Source of the DNA: an uncultured Nitrososphaerales archaeon
GTDB taxonomy: Archaea > Thermoproteota > Nitrososphaeria > Nitrososphaerales > Nitrososphaeraceae
Length of the DNA: 64,000 nt
Assembly (NCBI GenBank): GCA_963841565.1
Contig: CAWJCY010000006.1
Span: 1-64,000, forward strand
Direction of reading: 5' to 3'
In this document: positions 11,003 to 20,080 of the stretch, piece after piece
How the letters are laid out: every line of letters starts with the position of its first letter
How positions within the stretch are numbered: the stretch's first letter is position 1
Program-made: the position numbers and the translations under genes
The notes under the pieces: generated by a model
Told to the model about the DNA's origin: nothing
What the model saw: only the letters and a program-made list of their open reading frames with translations
Database searches by the model: none

Positions 11003-11426
11003 TATCGCTATATCACAGTACACTCTGAATGATATTAAGGAGGGTCTTAAAAAATCGTTCAAAGTTAGTGTTACTGAATCAATGGTCAACGATTTTGCAA
11101 AAATTACTGGGGATTACGCACCAATGCACATGGACGAGGAGCACGCTAGCAAGACAGAATTCAAGCACAGAATATGCCATGGTATGCTTATTGGATCTTT
11201 CTTTTCGCGTTTAGTGGGAATGCATTTGCCTGGAGAGAATGGCCTGCTGCTTTCCTATACTAGCAAGCATCTTTCGCCTTGTTATCTGAACCAAGACGTC
11301 ATCGTCGACGGTGTAATCACAGGTAAGAGCGAATCTACAAGAATTATAACTATCAAGGCAACCGTAAGGGACGGGTTTGGAAAACTCTTAGTTGACGGGC
11401 TGCTGAAAGTGTTGGTTTTAAAATGA
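10995..11426 (+). CDS. MaoC-family (R-specific) dehydratase
   Basis: FAKITGDYAPMHMD...ICHGML hydratase-2 motif, LPG; overlaps the ACP stop. Confidence 0.88.
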   Translation: MNDIAISQYTLNDIKEGLKKSFKVSVTESMVNDFAKITGDYAPMHMDEEHASKTEFKHRICHGMLIGSFFSRLVGMHLPGENGLLLSYTSKHLSPCYLNQDVIVDGVITGKSESTRIITIKATVRDGFGKLLVDGLLKVLVLK

Positions 11427-11792
11427 ACTTGTATATGACCATTGAATGTCTTGCTGCAATCTTATCTGTCTATACTGATGCTACTAGTGTAAGCAGTCAA
11501 ATAGATTTGAGTCTGATGGTAACGAATTCAATCTTTCAGTTACAGAACTCCAGCAAATGAAAAGAGGAATAAGTGTTCCCTGTGCCTCAAAGAGGGTGGA
11601 ATGACCTAATCACCCTTGTCTAGCGACTAGAACACAACAGCCTGCGCAACAGATGGCAATATACTCAGTGAGATCATACAAGAGCAACAACAAGACTAAA
11701 GGGAACAATCTTCATTATGGATTCGATTCTCCATACAACTGTCCGAATTCCAGATAAATGGTACGTTTGTGTGAGCATATTTTTATCTCATT

Positions 11793-12660
11793 TTATTCTT
11801 GCTGATCAAAAGGCAGGCCTGCACGCTTGTTATTTCTTTTAGAATTTGGCAAAATCCCCCGTTTGACAAATATGTCCCGGATAACACTTTCATTACGACC
11901 CTGATTTAAATTCTTGTCTGCGGTAATCAATGCATTTGCTGCATTCTCAAATGTTGCGAATCTATTAAGGAAAAAGTGATGAGCTACCACTAATCTATCT
12001 GCTGCATTACGACCTAATGCCGCCCTTAATTCCCACAAGCAAGTTGACCAGATCTCTCCGTCAGCATGAACTCATTTACAATATCCTTTGGATATCTTTT
12101 ATTACTATCGAGTCTTCTCAAACACTGCGGCCCGTCACCACTATAGACAACTGCATCCCAGTTGCCGATCGTGGGTCTTAAAATACTAGGTTTGATCTCT
12201 GCAAAGAAACTTGCTGCCAAATAGTCACCAAAAGCTTCCCCCATAGACCCAGCTTCATGGCTTTCACCCCAGCCTGGGACTTGATCGTCTTGGATGGCAT
12301 GACCATATTCATGAGCTATTATTTCAGCATCCTCGGCATCATCTACCCTCTCCAGTACCAAAAGTTAGATCTTTACCCGCTGGACTGTAATGAGAATTGT
12401 CATCAGTTCTTCCATCTATATTTACAGTAATTTGGTGGTTGAGAACATTGTTAAAACCAATCTGCTGGAGATAGCGTTGTATCCTGTCGATATGATAATA
12501 GACCATAACTTCCTTGAACCCACGATCGTTTCTGCTCAAAATGAATTGGTGGTTGGATCTTTCTGTTGGAGGTAGTTCTGGTACTGACAAAGACTCCATC
12601 AAGCGTACCAGAATCATCTAGATTTTCTAGAGTTACTTCCGATCCTTCTTGGTTCTATTT
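11793..12660 (-). pseudogene. M36/M4-like (fungalysin/thermolysin-type) zinc metallopeptidase, multiply frameshifted and 5'-truncated
   Basis: EVMVYYHID, DNSHYSP, IIAHEYGHAIQD...MGEAFGDY spread over three or more frames; no propeptide seen. Confidence 0.7.
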
Positions 12661-12880
12661 CGGAGGACTTCGCCGATCTTATATTATATATTCTCCTAGG
12701 AACTTTGTAAATAGGATGATTCTCAATTTCTGCCTTTATGCTCTTCATTTTATTCAAATGAATCTCATTTTACTTAGTTAAGGATTTAGTAAAACTTTTC
12801 CTTCTGCTACGATGAACACGAGCTTATGCAGACAGGCGCTTTGTTAAAAGTATTTTAATAACACATAAAGATAGATCATT

Positions 12881-13858
12881 ATGTGCAAGGATGCAAAAAT
12901 GTATCCCCCGCCAGATAAAAGAAGAAATCGCTCTAAGGCACAGCTTTCAGTAAGCAAAACAGAAAAACAGATAGACAAACTAGATAGCCGAATTATAGAG
13001 ATTATAGAAAAAGTATCAAAAGACAGGATTCGGGCTAATTTACATAAACTATCGAGTTTTCATACAAGACATACGAAATCCACCTACATCAATGAGGCAG
13101 CAGAATGGCTATTAAACGAATTCAGGAATCTGGGATATGATGATGTCATATATTATACGCCTAGAGAACGTTTAGACGATCTAGAGTTTCAACTAAAGAA
13201 TATCATATGTAAGAAGAAAGGTAGTACGGATAAGACAATCATTATTTGTGCACATTATGATAGTAGAATGGAAAACTTAAATGATTCTGTCTCGAGAGCA
13301 CCAGGCGCAAATGATAATGCAAGTGGTGTATGCGCAATTTTGGAAATGGCCAAAGTATTAGCTAGCCAGATCCTAGGACTTTCGTTACAGTTTGTTCTCT
13401 TTTCAGGGGAAGAACAAGGACTATTAGGTTCTAAGAATTATGCCAAATCCGTAAGAGAAGGCAATATTGATCTATATAGATTAGTAAATCTTGATATGAT
13501 TGGCTATCCGCAATTGAATCCTGGAATAATTATAATAGAGAGAGATAATAATCCTGATCCTCTGCATAATGAGGTCGTAGAAAATGACCAACCGTCAATA
13601 GAATTCGGAGAAATTATGAAGGAGATGTCAGCCTATACAGACCTTCAGTTTCATTTGGATTCAATTTATGATAGCGATTATGAACCATTTGAGGCTGAAG
13701 GCTATGTTGTGATAGGAGCTTACGATGGTTCAGCAGACGCAACCAATCCACATTATCACAGCTCATCTGACGTGCCGTCATTAATAAATTGGGATTACTT
13801 GACATCGGTCACAAAAATGGTATTGGCCACTATTCTCATGGTAGCTAAAAAATTCTAG
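12881..13858 (+). CDS. M28 family zinc aminopeptidase
   Basis: ICAHYDS, PGANDNASG, SGEEQGLLGS, NLDMIG, SDY.PF, HYHSSSD motifs. Confidence 0.9.
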   Translation: MCKDAKMYPPPDKRRNRSKAQLSVSKTEKQIDKLDSRIIEIIEKVSKDRIRANLHKLSSFHTRHTKSTYINEAAEWLLNEFRNLGYDDVIYYTPRERLDDLEFQLKNIICKKKGSTDKTIIICAHYDSRMENLNDSVSRAPGANDNASGVCAILEMAKVLASQILGLSLQFVLFSGEEQGLLGSKNYAKSVREGNIDLYRLVNLDMIGYPQLNPGIIIIERDNNPDPLHNEVVENDQPSIEFGEIMKEMSAYTDLQFHLDSIYDSDYEPFEAEGYVVIGAYDGSADATNPHYHSSSDVPSLINWDYLTSVTKMVLATILMVAKKF

Positions 13859-14050
13859 TTCGTACGTAAGTAAAATTGAATGGGCTGTGCGTGTCATTTG
13901 TTGGCAGCTACGGTTTGCTCATTTTGTATCCTCCCTCACCTCGGTTTGCTTTTGGCAAGTTTTACAAATGAATCGGGGTCCATCTTTATGTTCTTTAAGA
14001 AATGAAAGCAATCGTCTTTCGTAAGGGTCTCGTGTCCGGGGGGTTACGAA

Positions 14051-14300
14051 TTGCTGACCGAAATAATTCTATTGCTTCGCCCTGTAGCAGTGATCTGTGT
14101 ACTCTTTTCTTACTCGTTCTGGTGCCAAGGATGGGGTCTACTTCATAAGGCATGGATTGGGTTCAAGGGCGCGAACAATCCCCGAAATGGAGAGTCATTT
14201 CAAGACAAATTACGGTGGACGATTCGAGTACAGGACATACAAACAGATCTAGGGTTACGTAGAACATCCTTTCCGAATTTGGGATTACTTGGCACTTCAA
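14051..14300 (+). pseudogene. Fragment of a small hypothetical protein
   Basis: Protein-like segment LHKAWIGFK...IQTDLGLRRTSFPNLGL with no convincing start or end. Confidence 0.35.
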
Positions 14301-14512
14301 TCTCGAAACCTATATTCCAGAACAACCCCATCCATTACTTGAACGGTAGAGGGAAATCTTGTTTTGTTAGAAATTCTATGAATGTATTTACTCACATCTC
14401 TTAATGACAGATGAGCCAACGTGGCAATTTTTCGATAGGAGAATCCCTCGTGGTATAGTTCTGGGACTTTCAGTTCCTTCGTTTTCCTCATGTTAGAACG
14501 TGTCTCTGGCAT
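14297..14512 (-). pseudogene. HTH protein fragment
   Basis: ELYHEGFSYRKIATLAHLSLRDVSKYI helix-turn-helix pattern; truncated. Confidence 0.5.
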
Positions 14513-14736
14513 ATTTTCTTGTATATCCTATATTTCTACTCGCAGAAGTATATTCATTTCATTGGAGACTAAAAAAACCTTAAGCGATACTTCCGAATCC
14601 GGGGCATATATTGTTACTATAAGAGATCAATGGAGTGAATTTGTATTCCTTTCCAAAGCGGGAGAGATCACTGATAAGAAGCTTATTCAGCGTTATATTA
14701 GCGTATTCAAAGAAGATTTGCAGAGGGCATGAAATA

Positions 14737-15591
14737 ATGGTGTTGTTACCATCCCCTGGTCGGACGTCTGTTCCGTTGCTTGCTCTAACAGAAGATTTTG
14801 AGGAAAAGCTCACAGACACACTTTCACATTTGGAAGAGGTTCTTGTATATAACCATCTATTTTCTGGCTCTATTGAAGAGAAAAGAAGGGTCTTCGAGGG
14901 TGGAAAGGTTTATGAAGCAAAATGGATCTTTGAGAATGAATCCTTTAATAGGCCATTCATAATAACGACAACTCAAAGGCTGCTATATACAATCTTTTCA
15001 AATAATCACGGAGACAAGTTAAAGTTAGCATCATTTAGAAACTCCCTTCTAATTATTGATGAGGTTCAAACTATTCCAAAATACATACTAGGGATTTTGG
15101 TCAAAATCTTGGAGAGTATGCACAGATTCCTCGGAACCAAAACAATTCTTGTTAGCGCTACGATTCCATATGAATTACAATCAGTTCCTGTAACGCAGCC
15201 TTCTGAATATACAGAGAAATCGTATTTAGAATTGACTAAAAAACAAATAGACTTTCAACAATGGTTAAGTTTAGATCATGATTCACTAAAGAATGGCAGA
15301 ACATTAGTGATGGCCAATAGTAGAAGAAAAGCCGCTAACATCTATAATACAATAGTCAGGTGCTCAAACTGCCGCCATAACCATAATGAAAATAATTCTA
15401 GCGAAAAAAAGTTAAGGTGTCCTGATAAAAATTGTGGATGTGATGAATATTTGCCTGATACGCTATATCTTTCCTCAGGTGTTAGAAAGAGAGACAAGCT
15501 CAAAATTCTGAAGAGAATACATGCAAAAGAACGTTCTAAAGAAGAATACATACTTGTTTCAACGCAAGTGGTAGAAGCGGGAGTAATATGA
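14737..15591 (+). pseudogene. cas3: Cas3 helicase relic (HD domain, motif I and C-terminus missing)
   Basis: PLLALTEDF, IITTTQRLL, LIIDEVQ, LVSATIP, LVMANS, LSS, ILVSTQVVEAGV then stop; no Walker A or HD. Confidence 0.75.
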
Positions 15592-15673
15592 TAAATGGTT
15601 GCTCGGTCAAAATTAAGTAATATGGGCAAAGTATCTAAAGCTGCAATGAGTGATGTATCTGAGCACTCTGCAA

Positions 15674-16201
15674 TTATGTTATACTTGAATATCTTGGGCT
15701 GGTGTACTCAAAGTGACCTGTATGATGCCCCTCCTCTATCCATTTCCACTCAAAAAACATGCCCTCTTGTTTTAGAGATCGTGTTAGTTCTTTGACTTTC
15801 GATAATGACCACATAGATTCTTCATACCCCAGCCAATCACCGTAGGAAATCCATCCTTGATTTCTGTAAATTCGTTCAGGTTTGTGTGGAATATCGCTAG
15901 GTTTCTTCCCTAATTTGCAGTACATATTCCATTCTATCTGGCTCTTCAATTTCAACGCACGTGCAAAAGCCCCAGCATCTTCAAAAGATCGAAATGTTAA
16001 ATTTCGTGTGGCAGTTCTTGCCGTGCCAAGCCAATCGTCAAATGAGATCCAGCCTCGACCCTTATACTTCTTATCAGGATTAGAAGGAATATTTGTAGGC
16101 TTCCTATCAGACTTGCAATATTTCATCCACTCTGATATGCTCTTTAATTTTAGTGATCTTACGTAAACTCGTGCTTGCATGAATGGTAAGAATTTTAACA
16201 T
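15674..16201 (-). CDS. Protein with two integrase-repeat-unit-like (INT_rpt) repeats; probably a fragment
   Basis: Two ~63-aa repeats F..AR.Y/F.R.LKLKS..EW..YCK...KP..IP..P...Y...GWIS..DWLG. Confidence 0.65.
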   Translation of the reverse strand: MLKFLPFMQARVYVRSLKLKSISEWMKYCKSDRKPTNIPSNPDKKYKGRGWISFDDWLGTARTATRNLTFRSFEDAGAFARALKLKSQIEWNMYCKLGKKPSDIPHKPERIYRNQGWISYGDWLGYEESMWSLSKVKELTRSLKQEGMFFEWKWIEEGHHTGHFEYTSPRYSSIT

Positions 16202-17062
16202 TTATTTAAGCATGCCAATTACTATGATTTAAGTCGGCGAGATTTAATATCTTATACTTCGACTATAAACAATATGTACAATATGAAAGACTATTCAAGG
16301 GTTTCCTTCATTTCAGGTGTCCAATATTTTTTTGGTAATCCCACGCAGTTTAGTAAACTTGTGTGCTCCTGTCAGTGGGAAGTTCGATATTAATAAGTGT
16401 GATTAAGTCAATGCCATAACATTAAAGATAATCTGAATGCATCAAAGGAGTCATCAGGGAAAGTTTGATACTTTCTAACTAGTAACGTCTTATCTCTATC
16501 GTCGATTCACAGGATGACATCGACATTCGCATGCAATGTCTTACAATGAAGAGAGAGCTAGTGGATGTCGTGATGCTGGAGGAGGCGATTACAAAGGAGG
16601 GTACGAATTTGGTTGTCAAAGACTCTATGCAGAGAGTGAATGTACGTTGAGAATTGAAGGAGAGAAAAATTATTGTCCTTGGCAATATCATTATCGTATT
16701 CATATATCGTATATGTTATATCGCTAACCCGCTTTTTATTTTGGATGTCCACAAAAATGATTAATAGTTATAATATATTACACAGTAGCACACAGGTAAT
16801 GAACCATCAGAATATAAATTACTATTACGATGTATTAGGTAACCTTAAACTTTCTGTGCAGTGTTCACCGCCGGTATTTATTTAGTGTCTAGAGAGATTT
16901 CATGAACTAATGACAGAATAAATTTAATGGAGAATGTAATACTAAGGAACTACATCAATAGAACTTGATCGCATCGATAGATAACTGAATCAGGTCTTGA
17001 ACAGAATTTCAGTGGGTTTAATTGAGGAAATGACTAAATTAGTATACTAGCCGCTTATGTAC

Positions 17063-17585
17063 TCAAATAGAATCGGTTTGATCATGATTTCGCTTATCGT
17101 TTAATATTTTCGTCTGGTACATCTCCTGCAATACCTCATTTACATAAGCCCTCACATTAGATGGCTCTGACGCAGATGTAAAGAGTCTATTATGATCTAT
17201 CTCATCATATATAATCAAACAATGGTCACTAGAATGGAATGTGATGGTCCGTTTCAATCCCTCTCCTCTTTAGGATCAGCGTTTACTTGAAATGCGATAT
17301 TATCAACAGCTAGATTAGCATAAGACAACTCTCCAGTATCAAAAATTTTATGATTGCCTCTTCCTTCTGGGTTCAGATTGGCATTGTCTGTGTTATCTTC
17401 ATGAAGTCCTAGGGGACACTCATTTAGCCTAAACTCTTGGAATCCAACCTTTTTGACCTCCAATTCATAAATAGATACATTGGCCTCATCTTTTCAATTC
17501 AATATTTCGATCAACGAATTGTTGATAGATTCGAGCTGTATTGCTTAATTCAGCTTTCCAAGAACTTAATTCAGACTTTGTATAC
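17063..17585 (-). pseudogene. Decayed coiled-coil protein paralog
   Basis: 17480-17580 is a degenerate copy of 17990-18090; several broken ORFs. Confidence 0.45.
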
Positions 17586-17946
17586 CCTCGTATAGATGAG
17601 ATATATCATAGTATTGGACAATACCCTCGCTATTTTGAAGTGGCAGTGCCTGTGATCTAACGACGCTCATGTAGAATAATAGGAACACTACTATAATGCG
17701 TATAAATATTTTGAGTCAACATCACCATTGACAGGATTTACTTTTCTTTTTACTTCTACCCTTTGTAGCCGGTCAGATAATTTATCTGTGGATTTGATTT
17801 TCCCCCATCCCTTCTAGAATCTTCAGTCTATCCTCCAATGTCTTCATATTTAAAACGGCAGGGCCCTCTGACAGTAGTCTAAACCTTGTTTCAAGATATA
17901 CCATCTTCAATATGAGGTACTTGTAATGTCTGAGATGATGACTCAT

Positions 17947-18300
17947 TTAATTCCGCCTCTTTGGCTTCCAATTGGTTAATAGACAGTTGGAGCTCATCTT
18001 CTTTTTTAATTCGATATTTCGATCGACGAATCGCTGATATGTTCGAGCTATATTGTTTAATTCAGTTCTCCATGAATTTATTTCAGCTTGCAGAGAACTT
18101 TTTTCCTCTTTAAGCCTATCATATTCTAATCTAACCCGAGGAAGATATCCATTTGCGATCTTGAGTAGCTCCACTACCTCACCATCACCCATTCTCGAAT
18201 TTTGAGTTAGTTTGACAAGGTTCACGTACACCCACGGGTTATCCTTGATCTGGAGGTAAACCTTAGTGAATTCGGTACATCCTAGAAGCATGAAGTATTC
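17947..18300 (-). pseudogene. Fragment of a coiled-coil hypothetical protein
   Basis: VELLKIANGYLPRVRLEYDRLKEEK heptad-rich segment with no proper start. Confidence 0.5.
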
Positions 18301-18309
18301 TTGAATACA

Positions 18310-18660
18310 AATCTAAATGATGATGTTAGAATAAATACATATCAATACGGAGATAGAGTCTTCACACATGATGCTGTTATTCATTCAGGTTCAAATGAAG
18401 TTACATTGCAATATCCAAATGGTCTAATTGATACGGGTGAATTTCGTATCTGTGTAAGATCAAATAATTATGATTAATTAGCATGTGGTACTGGCTACAA
18501 CTCCGAAGCTAAACAACCCGAACGTGTGTTCATTAACTTATTTGTAGAAGAAAACAGAAATTCACCAAGTGTTGATGTTGATAGCCAAGCGCAGAGCCAG
18601 AGCCAAAACAACAATCAGGAACAAACTACAACGATCATAAACCGTCCTCATGATTCAAGG
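18310..18660 (+). pseudogene. Decayed secreted-type hypothetical protein
   Basis: Frame VTLQYPNGLIDTGEFRICVRSNNYD*LACGTGYNSEAKQPERVFINLF has an in-frame stop. Confidence 0.45.
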
Positions 18661-18803
18661 TGTGTGATAGAGCAATCACTTTTAGCCATCATTTCTATGT
18701 TGGTGATAGCCACAACAGCTAACGTGTACGTTAGTGGACCTAGACTTGATTCTGGCGATGATATGTGCTATAATTATTAACAGGATTCATATTGTTTTCG
18801 GTA

Positions 18804-18878
18804 TGGGCCCAGAGGGATTCGAACCCTCGACCAACTGCTCCGCAGGCAGCCATTCTATCCAAGCTGAACTATGAGCCC
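18804..18878 (-). tRNA. tRNA-Arg(GCG), intronless, CCA not encoded
   Basis: Reverse complement GGGCTCATAGTTCAGCTTGGATAGAATGGCTGCCTGCGGAGCAGTTGGTCGAGGGTTCGAATCCCTCTGGGCCCA forms a cloverleaf; anticodon loop CTGCGGA. Confidence 0.96.
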
Positions 18879-19045
18879 GACAATGCTAGTGATGATGTTA
18901 TTAGCACCAAATATGAACTAACTCCAGCTTAGTTATTGTTGTTCGATGTTCAATATTACGTGCTAATATCTAATGATTCCAAATACTTACAAGATATTGA
19001 ATGCAAAGGTATTAATTTTTAATAAGGCAATGTCTCGAATATATC

Positions 19046-20005
19046 ATGCCTCTATCACTTATCGAAGCCATCCGAGACCACATCATGCTTTTTGATGGTG
19101 CGATGGGTACTGAGATTCAAAAACTTGATCCGCAGCCCCAGGACTTCCCTAGAAATAAGGACGGATTTAATGATGGACTCAATATGACCAAACCCGAGTG
19201 GATTAAGAAAATTCATCGGGAATACCTTAAAGCAGGTGCAGACTGTATCGAAACAAATTCATTTGGTTCTAATTTGTTCAAGCTCAAAGAATACGGCTTT
19301 GGAGATAAAACAGTAGATATTAACCGAGGAGCTGCCGAATTGGCAAGAGAGGTATGTAATGAATTTGAGGATCGATACCGCTATGTCATTGGTTCCGTAG
19401 GGCCTACAGGATTTTTGCCAAGTTCAGAGGATCAGGACCTGGGAAAAGTCTCCCCGCAACAAATTATTGAAGGATTTATACCGCAATTCGAAGGTTTACT
19501 CTTGGGGGGAGTTGACTCTCTACTGATAGAGACTAGCCAAGATATACTTGAAGTCAAGTTGGCAATTGAGGCCTGTCATAAAGCAATGCAGAACGTAGGC
19601 AAAAGAGTCCCTCTCATTGGAAACGTTACTCTGGATCGGTACGGCAATATGCTTTTGGGGACGGACGTGCAAGCAGCATATACGACAGTTTCTGACATGG
19701 GCATAGACATCTTTGGGCTCAACTGTTCCACCGGCCCCGAGGAAATGCTTTCAAGTATAAGATGGTTGGACGAACAAAACGGTTTGCCTATCCTAGTAGT
19801 TCCTAACGCGGGAATGCCACAAAATGTCGGCGGAAAGGCAGTATACAAGATGACCCCTGAAGACATGGCCCTAAAAATGCGCGAATTCATCAGGCAATTT
19901 AGTAGAATCAGGATTATAGGGGGTTGTTGCGGCACGACTCCTTTACATATTAACAAACTAAGAGAAATGTTGAAGGATAAAGGATTTACTGCCCCCAATA
20001 ACTAA
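19046..20005 (+). CDS. metH: B12-dependent methionine synthase, homocysteine-binding module
   Basis: LFDGAMGT, AGADCIETNSFG, GLNCSTGP, PNAGMP, IIGGCCGTTP. Confidence 0.93.
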   Translation: MPLSLIEAIRDHIMLFDGAMGTEIQKLDPQPQDFPRNKDGFNDGLNMTKPEWIKKIHREYLKAGADCIETNSFGSNLFKLKEYGFGDKTVDINRGAAELAREVCNEFEDRYRYVIGSVGPTGFLPSSEDQDLGKVSPQQIIEGFIPQFEGLLLGGVDSLLIETSQDILEVKLAIEACHKAMQNVGKRVPLIGNVTLDRYGNMLLGTDVQAAYTTVSDMGIDIFGLNCSTGPEEMLSSIRWLDEQNGLPILVVPNAGMPQNVGGKAVYKMTPEDMALKMREFIRQFSRIRIIGGCCGTTPLHINKLREMLKDKGFTAPNN

Positions 20006-20080
20006 ACCTACATGATATGCTAGTTATCTTCTGTTTTTTTTGTTTATGAAAATTAAATTTTGATTGATGGTTTGAATGAA

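Noticed and set aside
13860-18800. CRISPR array near the cas3 relic
   Set aside because: No repeat-spacer periodicity was seen here or elsewhere in the window
1800-18878. Intact integrative element bounded by att sites at tRNA-Arg
   Set aside because: No integrase and no duplicated tRNA 3' segment were found
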